Shown: positions 43,545-52,152, numbered from the stretch's first letter. The stretch is DNA of 64,000 nt from Candidatus Methanoperedenaceae archaeon (GCA_963753595.1 CAVWCX010000033.1:39360-103359), one strand, 5' to 3'. Translations and numbers: made by a program. Notes: a model not told the origin generated them from the letters alone.

Positions 43545-43687
43545 TAGATATTGATTTATTAAAAATCGTTATCTAATAACTTTTTATTTATATAAATATA
43601 TAATATGTGTTTTGATTTTCGTTTGTTTTTAATTTTTCGCTATGCATAGAGCTTAAAAACTGTTTTGTTGAGATTACACAATACCGT

Positions 43688-43834
43688 TATCTATGAACTT
43701 AAAACAGTCTGAAGATGTGAGATTGATAAAAACCGATATCTATAAACTTAAAACAGTCTATCGATGTGAGATTGATAAAAACCGATATCTATAAACTTAA
43801 AACAGTCTATCGATGTGAGATTGATAAAAACCAT
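43688..43834. repeat. Three 49-bp tandem repeats (iteron-like, candidate origin)
   Basis: Unit TATCTATAAACTTAAAACAGTCTATCGATGTGAGATTGATAAAAACCGA starts at 43688, 43737 and 43786. Degenerate copies and AT-rich DNA flank it. Confidence 0.9.
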
Positions 43835-44365
43835 TATCCTTTAACTCGAAAAAAAATAAGATGAGATTAGATGATATTGATGATAACAGCTATCTATAGA
43901 CTGAAATTACCGCACTGTGTAAAAAAAACCGAAATCATTTTTGTTTTTCAATCTTTTAGAAATCTAAAATTTCAAAAACAACTCCACCCCCCTAAAAACA
44001 CACAAAACATCAAAAAGCAGATGTAGTAGGTAATATCACACAAATAGACAGAATGAGATTGATGAGATTAACCCATCGCTAAATATTGATATTTTACAGT
44101 TCGCTATACAGCGGGTTTTTTTGTAAGAAATCAATAACAGGTTATAGTATCAAGTTTAATCCCATACCAATAGGCTGTTTAATGTTTACTGATAATTGTA
44201 TTTAAGAATATCACTTTAAAGAACACTCTCTGTATGATAAGATCGCATGGACAGAAAAATATCCCGTTCTTATTCATGTCATTGTTCATGAACAATAACT
44301 ATAAATATAATAACATCATAATAGATGTTTGCCTTCCTCGGAGGGTATTAAAGGAGTAATAAAAA

Positions 44366-44800
44366 TTGGTAGAATCTAAAAGACAAAAAATCGAAAAGTT
44401 GTTGACTGAGGGCAAAAGCCCAGAAGATATCGCAAAAGAAACAGACTGCACGGTGAGATATGCCTATGAGATCAAGGCATTGAATGAGCAACCCAAACCC
44501 AATGAGCCGACTGTAAAAAATCATCTTGTTGGAATCGAAGGTACTTTAAAGAAACTTTCCGGTGATATTAATCTAATACGGAAATTTGAGCAAGATCCGA
44601 TAATAGTCTGCCCATGCTGCAATGATCCGATAGATCTATCAATTGCAGTGATCTGTGAAGAGTGTAGGGTTCTGCTTTGTATAGGCTGCATTGAGAATCA
44701 TAAGCAGCCCGATACTGCAAGTACTTGGAATCCATTTGAAGATAAATCGTTATGTCAAAAATTCCAAGAACAAATACAGTCAACAATAAGAGGGAAATGA
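44366..44800 (+). CDS. HTH plus zinc-finger protein
   Basis: N-terminal LLTEGKSPEDIAKETDCTVRYAY HTH and CPCC..CEEC...CIGC..H. A 16-bp palindrome ATTGTTCATGAACAAT lies at 44281-44296. Confidence 0.75.
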   Translation: MVESKRQKIEKLLTEGKSPEDIAKETDCTVRYAYEIKALNEQPKPNEPTVKNHLVGIEGTLKKLSGDINLIRKFEQDPIIVCPCCNDPIDLSIAVICEECRVLLCIGCIENHKQPDTASTWNPFEDKSLCQKFQEQIQSTIRGK

Positions 44801-44801
44801 A

Positions 44802-44972
44802 TTGAAGATAGAAATGCATGATGCTTTTAGGCCAATACTCGAATCGATGATTGACGGTGTAGGGATAAAGAGTATTTCTGAAGCTCTAAACCTGCATCTT
44901 TTAAGGACCTTGAAGTCTGTAAAATCAAAGAGAATACAGCAGAAAATAGGAGCTAAAGCAGAACCAACATAA
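44802..44972 (+). CDS. Possible small RHH-like protein (absent from the ORF track)
   Basis: TTG start directly after the previous stop: LKIEMHDAFRPILESMIDGVGIKSISEALNLHLLRTLK... Confidence 0.4.
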   Translation: MKIEMHDAFRPILESMIDGVGIKSISEALNLHLLRTLKSVKSKRIQQKIGAKAEPT

Positions 44973-45340
44973 TCGAAGACTAATGCACCATCTTATAAAT
45001 ATTTGAGGTACTAAATTATATTGAATTCAGCACTATATCATGATTCAATTTTTAAGGGGGTATGGGTTTTTCTCCCTCTCTTTTTTTTGATTATGCTATT
45101 TGCCTTCAAAAATTCATTAAATTTGGTATAGTTGGCCTCTTTACCTATCACTATCGGTTGCCTCAAACCATTTGGTATTCAACCTTTAAAAAATAAGATT
45201 TGGTGTATGCATATAGAATGGTTCCGGTATGGCTTGCGTATAACGATTTAGAAAAAGTAAGCTTACTTTATCCCATAGAGCTGGTATAGGTTGCCAATAG
45301 CGAAAAGCATTTGAGAGGAAATGACAGTTAATAAATAAAT

Positions 45341-47191
45341 ATGAAAGAAAGATCACAGCAAATAGATGAAGTGGATGAGGCTATCATTAAGTGTATCCAA
45401 GCACAGCCTCAGAAACTAAATGATATCATTACAATCACCAGATTAAATTATGAAACGGGGAGAAAACGATTAGAAAAACTGAAAAGGTACGGCCACATCG
45501 CAAGCCCTAATTTTGGCTTTTATGCGATCACAAAACCAGGCTTAAATCTGCTAGAAGTCAGATCGCAAGGAGTGGTTACTCCCGATCTCAGAGATGATAA
45601 GATCGAAGAACTAATCAAGCTTCTGCCCACAGCACCACACCAGGCATTTTTTAGGCTGCTTGTAAGTGGAATTATAGCTAAATATTGCTTATTTGATCAT
45701 TTCAACGATGGCTATCCTTCTTTCATTATCGGAGGTAAAACAAAAGCCTTCAAGACATCAATAGCGAAGCTGATATGCCTTTTATTTGGGTTCGATAATG
45801 GCCTTATACATAAGTTGTTCTCTGCTACTGCTGGTGAGTTTGGGATAAGGAGAGTATCGGCAGGAAATGGACAATTCAGACCTGGAGCATCACAGTATTT
45901 CAATGAGCCTTTCATATGTCTGGATGAGCTTGATAAGACCACATCAAACGATCTGAAAAGGGTATTGCTGAATTATGCAGATGGCGCCAGAGAGTTTCCT
46001 ATCGAGGGCGAACAGGTCATTAATCATTGCACCACATTGATCACGCTAAACACTAACGGTGATGTGGATGCAATAAAGTCTTTGGGAATCCACGAGGCTT
46101 ACATTAGAAGGTCCGTTGTTTTGAACACAGAGCAGCTACTTGGTCAGTTAAAGGATGTTGATCTTATGGCAAAGGCTGTATTCGATTATATGAACACAAA
46201 GACCGCGCCCAGGATAAGATTGGAGACATTAAACTCACGCCTTACCAGATTATCAGAATCCGATTATATGCTTATGCGAAGCCTATTGATGGGGAATATC
46301 GCAGAAGGATATGAGAATCTTGTTGATACGCAGCCCCTGGAGCTGCTTAGCCTGGGTAGAGCTGTGTTGTTAAAAGGGGACATTCGAGAAGCGATATTTC
46401 AGACAACTTATGATAGGTTGTGCTGCCTTGAAACCCTGGGAATACCAAAAGAGGGGTGGCGTAAGAGGATGCAGGTTGAATGGGCGAAGTATCGAGCTAT
46501 TGAGCAGCCCGGCATCATGGAGAAGCTGAACGAGGCTTCGATAAAAGAGGCAGAGAGGGCAACAACCTTAGAGGAAAGAAGAGCAGAACTTCAAAAACAA
46601 AGGGAAGAAAAGACAAATGAAAGACTTGAATTTATAGCGAAAAGGGAGAAGGTAGCTGGCAGGCTAGGAGAAGCAATAGAAGGTTTAAAAACAATCTCAA
46701 AGAATCAATCGTTTGAGCCTCAAGCAAAAACACTTCTAGAGCAGTCCAGATATCTTAGGAGCAGGATTGAAAAGGCAAACAATCAGGAAGAGTTTATGAC
46801 TTATGTTAGACCTTTCAATGATCTTTGGGCAAGAGGAAAGGAAATACTTAATAGCTACAATTCCCGGGATACAAGTCAGAAAATCAAAGATGCCTCAGAA
46901 ACCGATGGAAGGCCCCTTGAATTCTATTACGGTCAAATTAACCGCCCCACCCCTTTTGAAGTCAGCGAAGGCAATCATAAAAATGCTAATGGGTGGCGTA
47001 TAAAGTTTAATTCACAAATACTGGAAATAATCAAAGGCAGTCAACGCTGGGCATTTCTAGCAGAGACAGGATCCTTTAAACTGGGGACTAAGTATGCCTT
47101 ACACATAACGTCAATAGTCCGCAGTCCAGATCCACGAATCATCTTAGAAGTTGGAGATGCCAAAGATCAGTCAGAAGCAGCCATGATATAA
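45341..47191 (+). CDS. Winged-helix plus P-loop (AAA+-like) ATPase plus coiled-coil protein
   Basis: N-terminal wHTH (RLEKLKRYGHI...YAITKPG), deviant Walker A GGKTKAFKTS, Walker B ICLDELDK, sensor-like ITLNT and YIRRS. Confidence 0.8.
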   Translation: MKERSQQIDEVDEAIIKCIQAQPQKLNDIITITRLNYETGRKRLEKLKRYGHIASPNFGFYAITKPGLNLLEVRSQGVVTPDLRDDKIEELIKLLPTAPHQAFFRLLVSGIIAKYCLFDHFNDGYPSFIIGGKTKAFKTSIAKLICLLFGFDNGLIHKLFSATAGEFGIRRVSAGNGQFRPGASQYFNEPFICLDELDKTTSNDLKRVLLNYADGAREFPIEGEQVINHCTTLITLNTNGDVDAIKSLGIHEAYIRRSVVLNTEQLLGQLKDVDLMAKAVFDYMNTKTAPRIRLETLNSRLTRLSESDYMLMRSLLMGNIAEGYENLVDTQPLELLSLGRAVLLKGDIREAIFQTTYDRLCCLETLGIPKEGWRKRMQVEWAKYRAIEQPGIMEKLNEASIKEAERATTLEERRAELQKQREEKTNERLEFIAKREKVAGRLGEAIEGLKTISKNQSFEPQAKTLLEQSRYLRSRIEKANNQEEFMTYVRPFNDLWARGKEILNSYNSRDTSQKIKDASETDGRPLEFYYGQINRPTPFEVSEGNHKNANGWRIKFNSQILEIIKGSQRWAFLAETGSFKLGTKYALHITSIVRSPDPRIILEVGDAKDQSEAAMI

Positions 47192-47240
47192 ATTCTGTCT
47201 AGGTCCCGATCACAGGCCTGGCCTGCCTGGGGGACTGAAA

Positions 47241-47378
47241 TCAATGGGATTTTATTAATATACCATCATCAGCTTCTATGATTTCAACGTAATCCTTAAG
47301 ATGATATTTTCCCCTCAATTCTTTCGGTATTGTTAACCTTCCCTCTTCCGTGATTGGTCTTATGATCTTTTCTGCCAT
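47241..47378 (-). CDS. AbrB/MazE/SpoVT-family DNA-binding protein, 45 aa (absent from the ORF track)
   Basis: MAEKIIRPITEEGRLTIPKELRGKYHLKDYVEIIEADDGILIKSH. Confidence 0.85.
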   Translation of the reverse strand: MAEKIIRPITEEGRLTIPKELRGKYHLKDYVEIIEADDGILIKSH

Positions 47379-47473
47379 ATCTCGTTATAGTGAATGTTAT
47401 AGGCAATAAGCCTTTTTGTCAAATTGACGAAAACCTTTTTATAGACATATAGCCATATCGTCTAATAGGCGAA

Positions 47474-47761
47474 ATGCCTTTAGGTGAAAATATGGAAATA
47501 AACACAAACGATAAACGCGAAATGGATGAGTTGGTATCAATAGAAATCAAAATATCACGGAGACAAGCTGAACTTATGGCTCTTTATTCTAAAATTGCTC
47601 GGAAAACTCCGGATCGACTATATCATCGCATTATGTCAAAAGGAATCGCTGAGATTATCGGGGCAATAAAAGCATTACCATTTAGTAACATCGATGCGTT
47701 CAAAGAGGTCATGACCGGAATTCCTGAACACTACCCAACCCTAGATGAGGAATCTAAATGA
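47474..47761 (+). CDS. Hypothetical protein, possibly RHH-like
   Basis: ORF abutting the second recombinase. AGGTGA RBS precedes an internal ATG. Confidence 0.6.
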   Translation: MPLGENMEINTNDKREMDELVSIEIKISRRQAELMALYSKIARKTPDRLYHRIMSKGIAEIIGAIKALPFSNIDAFKEVMTGIPEHYPTLDEESK

Positions 47762-48945
47762 TTATAGGCCAGGACATTAAAGATTTCTCGGAAGATTGCA
47801 GGTCAAGGGGATTAACACAACATACTATAGCGACTTATAAATCAAACGTCGCTACTTTCCTTAATTATGTAGACAATCCCCTGAATGTTGATATTTCTAC
47901 TCTCCGCAAATTTCTGGACCATCTCAAAGAAATGGAGTTCAAAAGAGGTAAGAGCATTAAAAAAGGGGTTCATCCTAAAACAATCAAGGCTTATTTTTCA
48001 GCCATTAGCACTTATTATGATTTTCTTGTTTTTAATCGGCAGCTCGAGATTAGCCCCATCCCATCATTTACCAAGCGATATTTATCCAGGATAAAACAGC
48101 AATATAATGGAGAGAATACCAGGCAGCTCATCACCATCGATCAGATGAAACAGCTCATCAACCTTGATATGCCCATTCAGGATAGAGCGATCCTGATGGT
48201 CCTGGTAAAGACAGGGATCAGAAGAGGTGAATTACTCTCCATTGATTCAGGCGATCTAAACCTTGAGAAAAAAGAAATCATTCTCAAACCCAAAGCAAAA
48301 AGAACAAATCGGTTAGTTATTTTTGATGATGAAACCGCCCGGGTTTTGCAGTTGTTTCTTGATTGGAGAAAAACCAGGACAAAAACCGATGCACTCTTTA
48401 TTTCACCCCTTGGTTTAAGATTGAATAAGGAGGTCCCCAATGAGATCTTAGCCAGGCATGGCAGCATATTAGGCTTACATGATCCAAATGGCGCCCTTAA
48501 TCAGAAATTAACACCACACTGCATGAGACACAGCTTTACAACATATTTAAGACGTGAAGGAATGCCAAGGGAGATGATCCAGGAACTCAGAGGAGACCGG
48601 CGCAAGGATGCAATAGATATCTATGACCACATTGACCTATCAGAGTTAAAGGATCGTTATTTTAAATGCATTCCCCGGCTTTTGAATACAGAACCAAAGC
48701 TTCATGCACATGATTTGGATCCACAGAAGACTAGAAGCCAGAATCTAGGGGGACATCCAAAGGAGGCAACCCAAAACAGAACAAAAGCAATCCTCTCTTT
48801 ATTGGACACTGAAAGATTAACAATCGGTCAAATTGCCAAGATTTTGAAAGAAAAGAATACTCTGGTTAAAAAAGCAGTATATAGAAACTTGAAAAATGGA
48901 AATATCCAGAAAGATGATTTAGGCAGATATTATAAAAAAAGGTAA
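47758..48945 (+). CDS. Second tyrosine recombinase (RGD variant) with C-terminal HTH
   Basis: KTGIRRGEL, TPHCMRH and LRGD..DIYDH, plus C-terminal LTIGQIAKIL...VKKAVYR. Confidence 0.93.
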   Translation: MIIGQDIKDFSEDCRSRGLTQHTIATYKSNVATFLNYVDNPLNVDISTLRKFLDHLKEMEFKRGKSIKKGVHPKTIKAYFSAISTYYDFLVFNRQLEISPIPSFTKRYLSRIKQQYNGENTRQLITIDQMKQLINLDMPIQDRAILMVLVKTGIRRGELLSIDSGDLNLEKKEIILKPKAKRTNRLVIFDDETARVLQLFLDWRKTRTKTDALFISPLGLRLNKEVPNEILARHGSILGLHDPNGALNQKLTPHCMRHSFTTYLRREGMPREMIQELRGDRRKDAIDIYDHIDLSELKDRYFKCIPRLLNTEPKLHAHDLDPQKTRSQNLGGHPKEATQNRTKAILSLLDTERLTIGQIAKILKEKNTLVKKAVYRNLKNGNIQKDDLGRYYKKR

Positions 48946-48999
48946 AAAGGTAGAGGTCAGATAGCAGCCAAAGCTTCATAAAATGAGTTAGAATCGCAA

Positions 49000-49150
49000 G
49001 GACAGAAAAGAGGGGGAGGGGGTTTTCTGTCCTCTCCTTCAGCAGAGATCTCCCAGATATCGTGAATTTTACAGGACAGAAAAGTTATGATCTGGTTTCT
49101 GTCTACCCTGTTAACTGTTAAGCTGGCCAAGGATCGTTGGGGGATAGAAA
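49000..49150. repeat. GGACAGAA/TTCTGTCC motif array 0
   Basis: GGACAGAAAA at 49000 and 49074, TTTTCTGTCC ending 49032, TTTCTGTCT ending 49104, and GGATAGAAAA at 49142. Confidence 0.75.
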
Positions 49151-49274
49151 AGAGGAGTGGATAATCCTTGTTTTATTAAACCACAAGTGCGATATTAAAA
49201 CCCCCTCAGGACGCAATATTAGGCAGATCGCACATAGAATAGGTTATAAGTTTACATAACATATTATGCTAATT

Positions 49275-49418
49275 ATGAGTGAAAAAACTGCTGTTAAACA
49301 ACCTAAGAAGATCGGAGGGAGTCTTATGCTGGCCTTGACTGGATATGTCAGGACAGACCAGTTTTACAAAGTCGAGTGCTCTGATAAGAAAATTATCATT
49401 TCCCCCATAGAACTCTAA
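49275..49418 (+). CDS. Small AbrB-like protein, 47 aa (absent from the ORF track)
   Basis: MSEKTAVKQPKKIGGSLMLALTGYVRTDQFYKVECSDKKIIISPIEL. KIGGS and KKIII match the AbrB domain at 50154-50441. Confidence 0.65.
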   Translation: MSEKTAVKQPKKIGGSLMLALTGYVRTDQFYKVECSDKKIIISPIEL

Positions 49419-49447
49419 AATACTGTTCGTATTGTTACGATTGTTTT

Positions 49448-49480
49448 AAACCCTTCTCAGGATGCGATATGAGGCACGAT
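49448..49480 (+). repeat. 33-bp direct repeat, copy 1
   Basis: AAACCCTTCTCAGGATGCGATATGAGGCACGAT, identical at 50693-50725. A degenerate copy lies at ~49198-49228. Confidence 0.92.
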
Positions 49481-49520
49481 TTTTGCACCCATGGGAACAT
49501 ATAAAAATATTATACTGCTT

Positions 49521-49704
49521 TTCTGTCCTTCCGGAGATCTCTGCAGCTGATATCCTGGAGGACAGAAATTTTATGATTTTAATTTCCTGTCCTGAGCATT
49601 CCGGGATATCCAGCAGGATCTCGGAAAGGCCCGGCGGACAGAATAGTCTATTTAATATTCTGTCCTTCCTGGCAAGAGCAGCTGGGATCAGGACCCGGAC
49701 AGAA
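49521..49704. repeat. TTCTGTCC-N-GGACAGAA array 1 (three units)
   Basis: GC-rich spacers of 31, 43 and 31 bp, separated by AT-rich linkers. Confidence 0.88.
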
Positions 49705-49911
49705 ACAAATAATACATGATGCAACTCCTTTTATTTATATAGCAAACCTTTATTTTAATTTAAGAGGCACAAACTAAAGAGGGGTGGAGTGATCCATCCT
49801 GTGATATTTCCAGTTTTCGGCAAGCATAGGACAGAAAACGCCATAACCAATCGTCATGGATAAGTTTTATATCTATTCAGTATATATTAAGTATATACAG
49901 AGGTTAAAACC

Positions 49912-50157
49912 TTGCAGGACATCCACAGACTCCCCATTCATTTCAAGAAACATGCCGCATTGAGGCTTTTGCAGAGATTTGAGTTAAGCCTGGACGAAGT
50001 AAAGCACTGTATCAGGACAGCAAAAATCATCAAAGCGGTTGAAAAAGAGGGGAACACAGGGATCATGCAAAGTTGCCTCGGAGACTCGAAAATAAAATTC
50101 GTATTCACGATAAGAGAAAAAGCATTATGGATAATAACAGTGGAGGAATGCAAATGA
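49912..50157 (+). CDS. Putative toxin, DUF4258/RelE-like
   Basis: IHFKKHAALRLLQR..SLDEV...IKFVF......WIITV pattern. Overlaps the antitoxin start. Confidence 0.75.
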   Translation: MQDIHRLPIHFKKHAALRLLQRFELSLDEVKHCIRTAKIIKAVEKEGNTGIMQSCLGDSKIKFVFTIREKALWIITVEECK

Positions 50158-50441
50158 GTAAATGCCCTATATGCAGCACGCCCATGCACAAAGAACAAAG
50201 AGAGATCCAGAAAGGTATCTTTGCCCAGGTTGAAGTTTGCCCTAAATGTGAAGATGAGTGGATCGATGAAAAAGAGTATGAAACTTTATATCAACTGTTC
50301 ACTCGAAAAACATTCAAGATAGGTGGCAGCATTGCAGTCAGGATCCCAAAAGAGCTTGCAACCCTCATAGGATTGAAAGAAGGCAGTGAAGTTAAGGTAG
50401 CTGTCAAGGATAAGAAATTAGTGATAGAGCCAGCAACATAA
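50154..50441 (+). CDS. Putative antitoxin: YgiT/MqsA-type zinc finger fused to an AbrB/MazE domain
   Basis: MSKCPIC...VCPKCEDEW followed by FKIGGSIAVRIPKELA..IGLKEGSEV. Confidence 0.82.
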   Translation: MSKCPICSTPMHKEQREIQKGIFAQVEVCPKCEDEWIDEKEYETLYQLFTRKTFKIGGSIAVRIPKELATLIGLKEGSEVKVAVKDKKLVIEPAT

Positions 50442-50444
50442 GTA

Positions 50445-50609
50445 TTCTGTCCCTCCTGGTCTGTGAGATCTATGGCGCCATGTGGACAGAATCATTAATT
50501 TGATTTATGTCCTGATCCGGATCTAAGATCTCAGCTGCAGCACGGACAGAAATTAAATTATTTTCTGTCTTCCCGGGGAGATCCTGCAGATCTTCCGGCA
50601 TGGACAGAA
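50445..50609. repeat. TTCTGTCC-N31-GGACAGAA array 2 (three units)
   Basis: Spacers 50453-50483, 50513-50543 and 50571-50601 are all exactly 31 bp. Confidence 0.9.
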
Positions 50610-50692
50610 AAAGAATAATACATAAGGCAAAGCATTTTTTTAAAAATATTGGGGTGTCAGTATTTTAATAAAAAACATGCAGCAACGGTTTA

Positions 50693-50725
50693 AAACCCTT
50701 CTCAGGATGCGATATGAGGCACGAT
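50693..50725 (+). repeat. 33-bp direct repeat, copy 2
   Basis: Identical to 49448-49480. Confidence 0.92.
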
Positions 50726-51051
50726 CTATATGATGGTAAGGTAGTTTGTAGCTACATAATAGAGGGAAAAACCCGGATCTAGGAAAGAGTTGACAATTTC
50801 TTCTTAGATATGGCCGGATTTCTCAGACTAGGCCAGCCCGGAGGATCCGCGAAGATCCGGGAAAGTTGGTCTAGGTAATTTTTACTGGTTTGTATTCATG
50901 CGAACTATCCAGAACATATAAAACTAATTTATATTTTTACAAAGTAAACTCATGGTTTTAGTTATATAATAGTGAATGGATATTTAAAACAAGGATTTAT
51001 AGTGCTTCGATTGCATTTCACCATAAAATAAACAATTTTGCATAATCGTTA

Positions 51052-52017
51052 TCAATAGGAATTATTTAAAATATCCTGCATTATAGACATGATAGAATCA
51101 ATATCATGGGTCTTGTTTATTTTCACACGAACCTGTTTTACATTTTCCATACCTTTTGTGAACCATTGGGCATTGCGCTTCAGATCATTGAAGGTAAGCA
51201 TAGAAAAATTGCAGCATAGTTCTGTGTACTCAAAAAAATCAGCCAATCTTTCTCGTTGATCCTGGGAAGGCAATATTTCCCCGGTTTTCAGGAAATAAGA
51301 GATCTTCTTAAAAATAAACGGATTGCCTATCGCTGCCCGCCCGATCATAAGCCCGTCGCACCCGGTATATTCAAGCACTTTTTGCGAGGTTTTTTCATCA
51401 GATATATCCCCGTTCGCTACGACCGGGATAGATACCTCACTTTTAATGCCTTTGATGGAAACAAGATCGGATTTCCCCGAATAACCCTGCTTTTGCGTCC
51501 TGCCATGGACTGTAATCGCATCAGCACCAGCTTTTTCGATAATTTTTGCGATTTTTAATGTTTCATCAAAGTTATCTAATATTCTTATTTTAGCTGTGAG
51601 CGGTACATCCAGGGAATCCGAAAGAGTTTGTATGATATCCCCTATTAGTTCAGGTTTTTTTAATAGTTCTGATCCGCATCCGTTTTTTATAACGCCCTGT
51701 GCCGGACAGCCAAAATTTATGTCAATGAGTTGTGGCCCGTATTTATCCTGCAAAAATATCGCGGATGCAGCAAGATTTGCTGGAACCGAACCCATTAATT
51801 GAATTCCCATTGGTCTTTCATCCGCACAGGTAAATCCCCTTTCTATGCTTTTGCGGCTTTGCCTCACTACCGCTTCAGAAGATGTCATCTCGGAATAAAC
51901 TAAAGATGAACCGTACTTCCTGCATAGCAGCCTGGATGGGAGGTTAGTAACACCTGACATCGGCGCAAGAACCAGATTTCCGTCAAGTTTCAATTTTCCA
52001 ATGGTCAAAGAACTCAT
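51052..52017 (-). CDS. dusB: tRNA-dihydrouridine synthase (DusB/Nifr3 type); last ~14 codons appear element-supplied
   Basis: LAPMSGVT, DINFGCP, GSELL, TVHGRT, ANGDI and MIGRAAIGNP motifs. Confidence 0.95.
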   Translation of the reverse strand: MSSLTIGKLKLDGNLVLAPMSGVTNLPSRLLCRKYGSSLVYSEMTSSEAVVRQSRKSIERGFTCADERPMGIQLMGSVPANLAASAIFLQDKYGPQLIDINFGCPAQGVIKNGCGSELLKKPELIGDIIQTLSDSLDVPLTAKIRILDNFDETLKIAKIIEKAGADAITVHGRTQKQGYSGKSDLVSIKGIKSEVSIPVVANGDISDEKTSQKVLEYTGCDGLMIGRAAIGNPFIFKKISYFLKTGEILPSQDQRERLADFFEYTELCCNFSMLTFNDLKRNAQWFTKGMENVKQVRVKINKTHDIDSIMSIMQDILNNSY

Positions 52018-52080
52018 ACGTTTTTCAATCCATCATACAGGGATTTCCACATAAATACATACCCACCATATTTCAAAATC

Positions 52081-52127
52081 TTTAAATATAATGAACATAA
52101 TTGTACATCAATGTACTAAAATGTACA
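52081..52127 (+). promoter_or_regulatory. TATA box and three TRP-box-like sites upstream of trpCBA
   Basis: TTTAAATA at 52081, then TGTACA (52102), TGTACT (52112) and TGTACA (52122) at 10-bp spacing. TGTACA is the TrpY box known from Methanothermobacter. Confidence 0.8.
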
Positions 52128-52152
52128 ATTTGAACGGATATGCTTATTAGAA

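Larger units (their letters stand above)
38285..51104. mobile_element. ~12.8 kb integrated MCM-encoding element inserted in the 3' end of dus
   Basis: 10-bp direct repeat GAATCAATAT at 38285-38294 and 51095-51104, with an integrase 60 bp from the left core. Carries MCM, iterons and a TA pair. Housekeeping genes lie on both flanks. Confidence 0.88.

Noticed and set aside
43688-43834. 49-bp repeats as a CRISPR array
   Set aside because: They are head-to-tail copies with no unique spacers, and their position next to MCM favours iterons.
49249-49274. dif/Xer-like site AGTTTACATAA-CATA-TTATGCTAATT
   Set aside because: The central region is 4 bp rather than 6 and no partner site was found. It could simply be an operator for the small AbrB gene.
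49446-49724. Overlapping ORFs 49446-49724 (-) and 49462-49719 (+)
   Set aside because: They coincide with the direct repeat and array 1 and have no protein-like features.
49521-50609. CRISPR interpretation of the repeat-spacer arrays
   Set aside because: The repeats are only 8-10 bp and alternate in orientation, the spacers are compositionally biased, and no cas genes are present.
38295-51094. Provirus interpretation of the integrated element
   Set aside because: No capsid, terminase, portal or other virion genes are recognisable. An integrative plasmid-like element fits better.
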